A stretch of DNA of 64,000 nucleotides, taken from contig NC_068987.1 in NCBI RefSeq assembly GCF_001194135.2, positions 74,894,865-74,958,864 of the forward strand, in the 5' to 3' direction. Every line of letters begins with the position of its first letter. Positions within the stretch are counted from its first letter, which is position 1. A program made the translations under genes and the position numbers. This DNA comes from Octopus bimaculoides. Its lineage: Eukaryota. A model generated the notes under the pieces. The model worked only from the letters and a program-made list of their open reading frames with translations. It was not told the origin of the DNA and did no database searches. This document shows, one piece after another, positions 52,439 to 64,000 of the stretch.

Positions 52439-55400
52439 ACACACATATATGTACATACTTACATCTACATGTGTATATATATGCATATCAGGGTACAGGA
52501 CGTTAGAACAATGAACTACAGACAACGGAACGAACACATAGGAAAACGGAAAGCCACTTGGAATATTCCTTCATCAGCTGTCTCTATTCTAACTAGACGT
52601 TTCGAAGATAATATGTAAAACAGCTAGTTTTAAATCTTGTAGAGATATGCACACATCTAGACTGTATATAGTCTTGGTCACTTCTCCAGTTTTAAGTTCT
52701 ACATTCTTTCATGTTACCTGAAAGATTTCAGTTCATGAAACTCCAGTGGGCAAACCCATTGGACTTTAAATAGATATGTGAATAAACTCTATATCTTTTA
52801 TTCTTTAGTGTTACAACACTAATATTTGGCATGGTTACGTGGTTAAAAAGTTTGTTTCTGAAACATGTGGTTTTGAGTTCAGTCCCATTGCTCTGCACAT
52901 TGGGCAAGTGTCTTCCACTGTAGGCCCAGGCTGACCAATGCTTTGACAGTGAATTTGTTATTGAGAAATGGTACAAATTTGTGTGTCTGCACACACATGC
53001 ATGTGTGCATCTATGTGAATTTTAATGTTTTGCACTCTTCAAATGAAAAAAAAATGCATTGCATTACAAATAGTGAAGCATGTTACCATTTCCTTTTTGA
53101 CTAATCATTTGCTAGTTCCAAGCTTTCAAAGACATGGAATGAGAGATCTCTTACTTAAGAAAAAAACCAAAAAACAAAAGAAACACATAAGGGTTAATAA
53201 CAGAAAAATTTTCCAGATGTTAAACAAAACTCAATAGTATATATTCACCTAACTCATGCCATCATGGAAAACAGATGTAAATCGAATAAAGTTGTGTGTA
53301 TAAATATGCATGCAAGTATTTACTTTTTAAAATAAGAAAAAATGGACTCCAATACATGTAGTATGTGTGCGTGTCAACTCTAATATAAACATCAGTCTGT
53401 AGAACATGTAGCTCATCAAAGTGTTCTTTAGATTCAGTGTGTTATTTTGAAATAAACTTACTTTAATACTACAATTAGTAGCAGAGAGAAAAATTTACTT
53501 ACAATGTTTAATTCTTTTCTGAGTCATAATGATTTATGGAAAAAAAAATTGGTTCTTTTCCTCCACTGGATAGGAGACTTCATATTGAATAATATATATT
53601 ATTTTCTATGGACACAAGACTGGTTGTGTAGTCAAAAAGCTTGCTCCTCAACCACATAGTTCAGGGTTCAATCTCAATACACAGAACCTTGTATGTTTTT
53701 TGTGTTTTATGTGAGGTTTTTTGCAATAGTAGACAAAATCAGTGCCAGAGCCATCATATACTTATATATTTTATCATTGTTATTTTAACATCTGCTTGTA
53801 TGGATTGGATGGAATTTTTTTAAGGCAGATTTTCTATATCCAGATGCTTTTCCTATTGTCACCTGTTTAAAAGCAAAGTAATATTTCTCCAAGTCCTTCA
53901 AACAGAAAAACAATAAATGACTGGATATATTTTCATGGAAGCTTGTAAACAAACAATACTACTTGTATGATGGTGATGTTTGTATACAATTAGTGAATAA
54001 TATCATGACAAGGACTCATAAGCATACAGCCATTTATAATGGATTTCTTTCTCGGGCTATAAAAGAAGACATTTGCCTAAGGTCCTAGACAATGGGACCA
54101 AGCCTAAAACCATGTGATTGTGAGGCGAATTTCTTAAGCACACAGCCATGCCTGTATAGTATGTGTGTGTGTGTATCTTTTGGTAAAGTATATCAGATAT
54201 AAACACCTCTTATCGTCAGAGTTCTTTGAAATATTTCATTTGCATTCCGTTAAACACTGTTCATCTTCAGAAATTCCAATGAACTAGTGACTGGAAATCT
54301 TTAAGCAACAATATTGTTATTCATCAAAAGCATTTTAATCTAGTCACATTGGTCTACAGTCAGTCACAATTAGTCTACAGATAGACCTAATTTCTAAACT
54401 TTAGTCAATATTAGTCACTGACTTGTACTATATCTAATTACACATCTATGTTACATTCTACAATTTTATTTATCAACTTTCAGTACATCTGAACTGCATT
54501 ACCTGTGTTGCTATTGTATATAGTCAGTATATTGTGTTACTGTTGTAAATAGTCACCACCTTACATTACTGTTGTAACCATGCCAGCATGGAAAATGGAT
54601 GTTGATGATGATGATATTTGTTACTAATGTATATGTTATTACTGCTGTATTTTCTGGCATATAAATTGATGTGGTATATAATGTGAACATTCAACCATCA
54701 TGATCTTTCCAAATCCTGCTGCATTTCACAGAGAATTTTTGGTCCTCCAAAGCTGTCTTGGTGTTTATAAGTTAACCTGCCATTTTCTAGCTGTAAATTT
54801 TGGTCTGAAAAATTCAGCTTGTCTGCCAGAAAATATAGTTTTGTTTATAATCACTATTTTGCACTTATGTTGTATATAGTTGCTATTTTGCATTATGGCT
54901 GTTTTGCATCCATCAAGTGTTACTATTGTGTTTTATCACCACTATATATTTTTATTAAATATAATCTTGTATATAGCCATCATCTTGTGTAACTTATATA
55001 TATTTATGCCACAGGTAATGTTACAATCATATTTAGCCTGTTACAAGATGTAACAATAGATCTTGTTATTCTTACGGCTACATTGAAGTCATTTACAACT
55101 GGTCATCAATATCTGTGCATGTTCTAAGGACCAGTTGTTTACATAAATATCCTTCAAATCACTCCTGGCCATCTGAAATAAGGATTGGTGTATTGGGTAA
55201 TGTATTCCAAAGTAGACACCACCTGAAAAAAAGATGAGATGGTCATGACTAGAAAACTTTTCTTCACAGGTTCACTCAAGCAGGGTTGACCTAAGGCTAA
55301 ACAGCTAGTATTGTTGTTGGGTATGTATATCTCCAAATAAACTTGCAGTGACTGATATAGATATACAGACTTGCAGAGGAGCATTTAATAAATGCACAAA

Positions 55401-56116
55401 GACTGTTTCATAAATGAAAGGAAGCTGGAGATGATGGTGTCAGAAACACTATTGTTTCTGAAATACTAATAACTCTCTCCTTAAAACTGTTGACCCCACC
55501 CACTTGTAATGCCTTCTTCATAATCATGTAACAAGAAAAACAACTTGTTACTCCATGAAGCCTATCTGGAGTTTAAGGCCAGGAGTTTAGCATAAGCTGA
55601 TTTAAAATCCTTGTCTTCAGAGTTACAACAGTGAGTAGTAAAATGGTAAGAACAGCTGCTACGACTCCAGATGAGTCGATTTGTTGATGTTAAATGTCTG
55701 TAAAATCAATATAAACAATTAGAAAATCTAGCCAACAAGATCACCTCTATGTAGTTGGTTGACTTGCTCTAAATACTAGCCTAATCTTCCTTGAATTGCA
55801 CTCTACTATTTTTAAATAAAAACAGGAACATTGACTAATGAAGTTCTAGATGCACTGCCTGGAGAGAAAAAAAATGTTCTGCTCTAGGGCGGGGCTGGTT
55901 TAAACAGTATGAAATTAGAAAATTAATATTTTAGATTTTATTTTTAAAAATTTCCTTTTCCTTAGTATTTTTGTTGAGTTTTAAGAATATTTCCTTCTGT
56001 AAATTTTTCCACACATATGCACACGTATGTTGATGGAACTAATTTAGCTAATAAATCAAATTTGTTAATTGTTTATGCATATCTTTGTTTAAATATAAAC
56101 ATGTTTTACATGTTAA

Positions 56117-56320
<204 letters not shown>

Positions 56321-56902
56321 TGATGACTAACAAGCAGCATGTAACAATAAATATATTGTGTTTGTGATGATGAAATGTATTAGTATACATGAATACATTA
56401 TAATGCCACATGATTTTGCAACTGGTTGCCAGAATATTAGAAAACAAAATTGAACAAAGTGTCATTATCATTCCATTTTAACTTTCATTAGTTTATTATT
56501 TAAGAGTATTGTACAAAACTAAAGGTTATTTCCAAAAATTATTGCTTCACTCAAGTTACAATATTTTTGAAGTTATCACTTAGTTTGCAATTTTCAAATG
56601 AATTGCTTGTTATCATAAGTGGAAAAGGTTTTGCCACTGTGAAAAATTCCATACTTTTGGGTGGAACATTTTTACACTTTTGCACAATGGAACACCAGTT
56701 TTGCTACATCCTTTGCAGACAGACTTAACTCTCAATGTCTTGCTTGTTGTGGTTGTTATGTAACTCCAGATTAACTTTTATGAAGCATACTTATGGCATG
56801 TAACTTGCTGAACAATTAGGTGTGACCCAGAGATTTGTAGTTAGGATATTCCTGGCTTCCACCTAGTTTCAACTTTTACTCAGCAATCTTCAAAATAGAT
56901 GA

Positions 56903-59900
56903 TTCATCATCATCATCATTTAACTTCTGCCTCCCATGCTGGCATGGGCGGGACAGTTTGACAAGGGTAGGTTAGGCAGAAGCCTGCACCAGACTTCTGT
57001 TTTGGCAAGATTTTTACAGCTGGATGCCCTTCTTAACACCAACCACTCAGCAGAGTGGACTTCGTGCTTTTTACGTGGCACAAGCACAGGTGAGGTCAGT
57101 TTTAGCAAGGTTTTTACGACTGGATGCTCTTCCAAATGCCAACCACTTTATAGTGTGGACTGGGTGCTTTTAAGTGGCACCTGCACTGACAGGATCACCA
57201 AGTGCTTGCAAGACAAAAGACAAAAAAAGACCTCTTGAGATGGGAGGGTGCATTGGAGGAGGTGATCTTGTATCAGATGATGAAAGGTTATAGTGAGGCA
57301 GTAAGACAGAAACTGTAGGGGAAGTACATGATTACCTGGCAGGGGGAGAGAGAGATCAAGAATGAAGACAGAAACAGGTGTGCTGCCGCAAAGGAAATAC
57401 ATGGTTACCCAACATGAGGGAAGCGCAGGAGAAGGAGAGAGAGAGTGGGGGCAGCAGAATAGAGATGGTGGCAAAGTGCCAGGCATACGCAATGATACAG
57501 TGAGACAGGATGTGGGTGGAACACGCAGGTCAGAAGCTAGCAGAGAGCAATGATACAGTGGCACAGGGCCAAGAGGACAGGATTGGGGAGTGGGAGGTAA
57601 GTCTAATGCATGAAGTGGAAATGTGAGGAAGAGAAGAGATGTAGTTTGGTTTGTTGTGGTAGAGTCTGAGAATTTTTTTTGAGTGTAGGTGGGACATACA
57701 GTGTTTCTAGAACTCAGTTTCACTGACGTGGGAGAGTCTTCTCAAGAACTTCATATTGCCAGATATCTTGGTCCATTGTCGTTTCCTCTGTGTGGCCCAA
57801 CATCCCAAGATCAGTCCTTACCACTTTGTCCCATGTCTTCCTGGGTCTCCCTCTTCCACAGGTGCCATCAACTTTCGGTGATTGGCACCTTCTTTATGCA
57901 GCTCTCCTCATTCATATTTATCACATGTCCAAATCAATGCAATCTTTTCTCTTGCATGCTACATTTGATTCCTCTTAAGCCCAACTTTCCTCTCAATATA
58001 TTTGCACTTTGTTGTACATGCACCCTGATGTTGCAAATCCAATACCTTCATTTCTCTCCAGTCTCTGCATGTCTTCTGCATTCAGAGCCCATGTCTCACT
58101 ACCATGGAGTATAACCATTTACACACAAGGATCATATAATCTACCTTTCACTCTGAGAGAGAGAGAGAGTCCTTTTGTTGCCAACAGAGGTAATAGCTCT
58201 CTGAACTTCCGCTACCCAATTCTTATTCTAGAAACAATACTTTCAGAAAATCCTCCACCATTGCTAATTTGGTCACCTAGGTAACAGAAACTATCTACAG
58301 CCTCAAGAGAACCTTCTGGGCATTTGAGAGAATCTAGGTCCTGTGTGCTCTTAATGCTTATTATTCCTGCACATCTGCCACATACAAAGACAACTTTATC
58401 TGTTAATCTACCTGTGATTCCACTGCAGCTCTTATGTGTCCATAGTTTACACTGGGTGCAGTGAATGGAATTTCTCCCAACTTCTTTCCTACATATTGCA
58501 CAGGGCCATTTTCTTGACGGAAAGAGAGTTTTATCTTCTTTCTTACAAAGCAACAACTTAGGTCTTTGCTAGGTTAAATTTAAGGTCCCTTGATTCCAGG
58601 TTTTGTTTCCATACCTGGAATTTCTCCTCCAATTCTACTAAAGATTCTGCAATAAGAGCAAGGTCATCAGGATATAGCAGTTCCTGCCAGCACCCAGTTT
58701 TGAATTCCTCTGTTATGGCCTGGAGGACTATAATGACTAAGAGTAGGCCGAGAACTGAGCCCTGGTGAACCCCTACCTGTATTGTTAAATTCATCGCTAT
58801 TCTTGGCCAACTCTCACCTTACTGGCAGCACCACTGTACATGGCTTGTATGGTTCTTACAAGTCACTCCTCTACTCCTAACTTCCTTAGATCCTTAGAGA
58901 CCACCATATAACAGAGCAGGGAACTCTGTCAAAAGCTTTCTCTAGGTCGATGAAGGATAAGTACAATGGCTTCCTTTTGGCCAAATACTTTTCCTGCAGT
59001 TGTCTCACTGGAAGATGGCATCTGTGATAATCTTCCCAGGTACAAAACCAAACTGCATCTCGTCTAGTTTAATTCTATTTCTAATCAATTGGGCTATAAC
59101 CCTTTCAGTAACTTTCATGACTTGGTCTAGCAATTAAAGGACTTTGTAGCTGTTTCTGTCTAAGGCATCGCCTTTATCTTAGTAGCAGCTAACTATAATA
59201 CTACTACACCATTCAATGGGGATGGTGCCCTCCTGAATAACCTGATTAACTATATGGGTGACTAAGCTGTATTCTATACCACCAGAGATTTTAATCATCT
59301 CAGCAGTGATTCCTGATGGCCCAGGGACTTTCCCTATCTTCATGTCCTTAATTGCCTTATCTATTATGCTGCTATCAACATTAATGGCTGGTCCCTCAAT
59401 TGGTTCGGTATTTGGTAAACTTTCTTTCTCCCATTCATTTTCCACATTTTGTAACTTTTCATAGTGACACTTCCATGCATCTTCTTTGAGTCACTAAGTG
59501 CAAGCATACCATTATCCATTCGCACACATTTCTCTCCTACCAAATCTCTATTCTCTCTGATACACTGCTTTGCAATCGTGAACACCTCATGCCTCTGATC
59601 CTCATACTGTAGAACATTTGCACATATCTCACCTTCAGCTACTCCTTTTGCTATGTATACCTGACACCTAGCTGCCCTTTTGGCTATCTGATATAATTCT
59701 CTGCTTCCACCATTTTTCCAGTCTTTCCAGGCCTGTCTTTTTGCTTTTAAGCACTGTCAACCACCTTGCTCCACCACCATGTCACTCTTGGTTTAACTGG
59801 GACTCTGCACCAACCACAGATTTTGTCTGTAGTCCTCAGTAAATTGTCTTGCAGGAATGTCCAATTGTCCTCTAACCTATATGTCCCCCAACTCTTCCTC

Positions 59901-60350
59901 TCTTTCATCAGAAGCTTCCATTCGTAAATCTTTAAGTTTTTGTCTGTTTGTTAGGTCTTTGAGCTTCCATAGTCTTCTTTTTCAGATTGGTTTATTTCTC
60001 CAAGCCTTTCTAACTCTAATTCTGAAGTCACTAACTATTAATTTACGTTGGGTTGTACACTCTTCACCTGGGAAAGACTTTGCATTTTTAAGCATCCATC
60101 TATCTTGTTGCCTAGTGAGGAGGTAATCAGCCTGGCTTATGTGCTCACCACCAGACTGATTAGGTGATTAGGTGGCTGGCTGGTTTTTTTGAAGTTAGTG
60201 TTGCAGATCATGAGATCATTTGCATCACAGAACTCCAGCAGTCTTGTTCCCTTCTCATTTCTATGTCCAAAAACCATAACCCCTATGCACTCCCTGGAAT
60301 CCATGGGGACGCTGTCCAATATGTCCATTGAAGTCACTAGCCACAATTAC
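56903..60350 (-). mobile_element. RTE-clade LINE, about 3.4 kb decayed copy (endonuclease end, RT, tail; intron 3, antisense)
   Basis: Endonuclease-region motif FGHRNEKGTRLLEFCDANDLMICNTNFKK (60140-60346); GKVPGPSGITAEMIK; VGVHQGSVLG...ELLYPDDL; Cys-rich finger; (CAT)n tail at 56903. Many stops and frameshifts. Confidence 0.92.
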
Positions 60351-62452
60351 CAAGTGTCTGTCATTTGTTTTTGAGGTGGTCTGCAAAAGGACCTCATAAA
60401 ATTGGTCCTTCTGCTTATCAGTCAACTGCATATAATATACCTAATCCTGTATATAATATTGCTTCAAATTTTAGTACAAAGTCAGGAATTTTATGGGAAG
60501 AGGCTTAGTCGATTACATTGACACCAATATTTGGCCGCCACTTTATTTTATTTATTCTGAAGGGATGAAAGGCAGAATTGATCTCGGCCATATTTTTTAA
60601 CTCAGAACATAAAGAGGCATAAAAAATACTGTTAAGTATTTGTCTGGGACACCAATGATTTTGCTGTCTTAATCCTGTATATAATATACTTCAAATGAAT
60701 TAGATTTTGGTTCACAGAGACATTTGTTCAGTAGCCTGGACCACCTAAATGCAAGTACAGATTATTAGAAGGTTCAGTTTAAGGCTGTGTATCTCATTCC
60801 TCCATTTTTACTTGATATTTTACTTTAACTTTGATTACTTACGAGAAATTTTAATCATGAAACTAAAACTAAGCTATGACCATTGTCATATATAAATTCA
60901 ATATTCCATGCCTCCTTTAGGAGAAAGGGACAGTGTCTATTAACTTTGCAGATATTCCCAAGAGGCTGGCAAAATTGATATGGCTGTTTGTTTAAAGTTA
61001 GAACATTTATAAACTGGCACCTGCAGCAAAAAAATAAAAAATTTAAACCAAAAAAAAAAAAAAAAAGAGGAATGAGAAGAGGAATTTCAGAAGGTTAGTT
61101 GGGAAAAAATGGTTAGTGGTGGATAGAATGCTGGGGATTATGGAGGAGAAAGATAGCCAGAGTAGAAGCCATTGATTGTAGTAGCAATAAAAGTGTAGAA
61201 GGATTAGACAGAAGCTGTCATGTATTGAAAAATGCCTGAAGCCCACTTGGTGACTACATTACCGCTTACACAACAGAGCACCTGCCTGACTTACACCACC
61301 CCCTGTTGTTTATATGGCACATAGTCCAACAAGTCTCCAAGATTGGTAAATTGTATAATCTAATGAGAACCAGTGAATTATAATTATCAACAAGTAATCA
61401 ATCTTAATGATAAATTGGTTGTGTCATTAAGAGTGTCAGATAAAATACCAAGTGGTATTTGATACTCTGCTTTCTCTGAATTGAAACCTGCCAAGATCAA
61501 CTTTGCATTTCATCCTTTCAGGGTCGATAAAGAAAATGTACAAATTGAGGATGATGAATTAGAATTGTAAAGACATTGAACTGGATACCTTTTTGTATTT
61601 GTTCCAGTTCTTTGTATTCTTAGTTCAAATCTCACCATGGCCTACTTGAAAGGCAGATTTAATCCATTATGTATACACCACCACCTGACACCTTGGATGC
61701 CTTTAGCAAAGTCCATTCTGTTGCAAGCATTTGAGCCAAATGTCCAGTTAGAGGAGACCTTCTTTCCTTGCTTTGACCAATCTTAAAAGGCCTTGCAAAA
61801 GGTCATGGGCACTGCTATTCCCTCCAGACTGTAAGATAAAATTAAAAAATCTTACAATCCCAATTGTATACCCAGTTGCTCATTCTAGGTGGTTTGTTCT
61901 CTCACCTTCTGAAAATATTGATTCAATGTGAAAGAGAAAATCTATTTCTGCCTATAATTGGGTTGTTGTTACTGTTTAACCCCCCAGAATGGAACCATTA
62001 TTAGAGACAATCCAGCCATGACCATCCTACATGTTATTTATTTAGGATTTAAAAGACTTCATTGACCTATGTGTGCTTTTGTCTTCATATAATTGGTGGG
62101 GGTAAGATTTGAGTGACATTTGGTTACTATTTCTAGCAGGTTGTTGGATGATGTCTGTGATAATCTGAAACAAAGATAGGCTATCAATATTTATTTCAGT
62201 CTGGAAGAAGAAACTTTGCCCAAGACTTGTGCCAGGCCCTTAAAGATTCTTGAGATTGATGGAGTTGGCATTCAGCTTAAAGAGCACCAAGTTGCTACTT
62301 GTTAGAAAAATGTGAATGGGAAGTGAATTCTAGAGGGAGGTAGGACTAGGAAAAGTGATTTATGTATGACTTGGGACAGAAGGAGACAATTGAGTGTAAC
62401 AATTTGACATGGCTGACTGGACATTCAACCTGTTTTAGCACTGAAGGTAAAT

Positions 62453-62454
<2 letters not shown>

Positions 62455-62527
<73 letters not shown>
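62455..62527. repeat. (CA)n microsatellite
   Basis: Directly visible. Others: (CA)n 3980-4037, (CT)n about 2645-2716, (TTTC)n about 27108-27136. Confidence 0.99.
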
Positions 62528-62531
<4 letters not shown>

Positions 62532-62639
62532 GAAATATATACTTACAGACAGAGAGAGGGATTGGGAGTGAGGCATTACACACACAAACATAACTAAATG
62601 CTCAAACACACAAAAGACCTAAAAGCTGGCACTTGATCG

Positions 62640-62950
62640 ATTAGGATTTAAATGAATGTTCCAGTTGATCCAATCAATAGAACAACCTGCTTGTGAAATT
62701 AATATGTCAATGGCTGAGTATTCCACAGACGTGTACCCTTAATGTAGCTCTCTGAGGAGATTCAGCATGACAAAGAGTGTGACAAGACTGGCCCTTTGAA
62801 TTACAGGTACTACTCATTTTTGCCAGCTGAAAGGACTGGAGTGGTGTGAAGTAAAGCATCTTGCCCAAAGAGACAACACACCTCCAGTGGGAATTGAATG
62901 CTTGACCTTACAACTGTGAGCTGAGTACTCTAACCACTAAGCCAGACACT
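62640..62950 (-). mobile_element. Diverged family-B-related SINE
   Basis: Reverse-complement similarity to the body (gttccagttgatcc, ccacagacgtgtaccctt, ggccctttgaattacagg) and tRNA head. Confidence 0.7.
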
Positions 62951-63187
62951 TTCACTACTCAGACACATAAACAGAGAGAGAGAGAGAGAAACATTAAAAT
63001 GTCTGATGTCAAGTCAGCAACACCAAATCAGTGGCACCAAAATGGCTGTGCCAAAATATCTGTTATTTAGACTTGGGGATAAGAGGCACGAAATGGGGGA
63101 TGAGTATGACTGGAGTTCTTGGGTGAGGGTGATAAGCAATTATCTAATCTAAGGAACAGAGTCTTTGTAAAAGTGTATAGAGGTGGG

Positions 63188-63540
63188 TAGGGCTAGATTA
63201 AGACCCATAGAGGCCCTAAGCACTCAAAATTCTTTTGGTGCACCCATATCTATATAATTCAAAATATAAACAATGATTAACCATAAAATAAATTTTTATT
63301 TTTAAAAATGAAACAAAAATAACAGTAAGATTGAAAATAATGTTTATTTATGTATACTCCTACTTTATTTATATTTGAGAATTTTTCTCCAATTTTTTTG
63401 TCTTTTGGCAGCAAAATCTTTGATCCGATTCTCACTATGACACTATGAAGCACTTTGAAATTATAATTCTGATCATGTAAACCACTTCGAATATTATTTT
63501 AGCAAGTTTAAAGTGATTTCTTTTGTGCTGTAAACCATTT
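63188..63540 (-). mobile_element. hAT transposon end with decayed transposase C-terminus
   Basis: TAGGGCTAGATTAAG...GAGGCCCTAAGCAC terminal motif; minus strand FKLAKI...KDFAAKR resembles the hAT dimerisation-domain end. Confidence 0.4.
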
Positions 63541-63813
63541 ACCATTTCATTATGTTTGAGAAAAGGAAGAATTAGTAATGTCTGGAGCACCTTTGATCAT
63601 AAATCTGATTAACCCTTTAGCATTCAGATTTCTTAGTCAAATATGTTGCTTATATATTCACATTGTTTTGAATTAATCACATACATACATACATAAGTAA
63701 ATTTATATTTTATGTAGAATGTCTTACAGCTGTTTCAGGGAAAATTCAATGTATCCCTTCATCTTTACTAATCTTTGGTTTTCTTTTTCTTTTTGTCTGT
63801 ATGTTTTCTGTGA

Positions 63814-63999
<186 letters not shown>

Positions 64000-64000
64000 T

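Overview
Eukaryotic, AT-rich, microsatellite- and repeat-dense DNA with seven N-gaps. The repeat families and (TA)n/(CA)n load look like an Octopus (coleoid cephalopod) short-read assembly; this is recognition by eye, not a database result. One protein-coding gene is firmly supported: membralin/TMEM259 on the + strand. Four coding exons (38562-38966, 50757-51285, 56145-56255, 63845-63967) have GT-AG sites and compatible phases, give 389 codons, and the gene continues past the window. The rest is mostly transposon-derived: RTE LINE copies carrying a PHD-like finger, CR1-type remnants, several tRNA-headed SINE families, a mariner derivative with two left ends, and hAT and piggyBac-like MITEs. 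No prokaryotic-type systems (CRISPR, operons) are present. Most interesting candidates: (1) an inverted pair of tRNA-headed elements ending in a minimal type I hammerhead ribozyme of the Penelope type (17396-17852); (2) a CpG-depleted block at about 5.4-22.3 kb between two CpG-retaining blocks, suggesting an unannotated transcription unit; (3) an AUG-UGA start-stop uORF just upstream of the membralin start codon; (4) a consensus in-frame alternative 5' splice site inside membralin exon 2.
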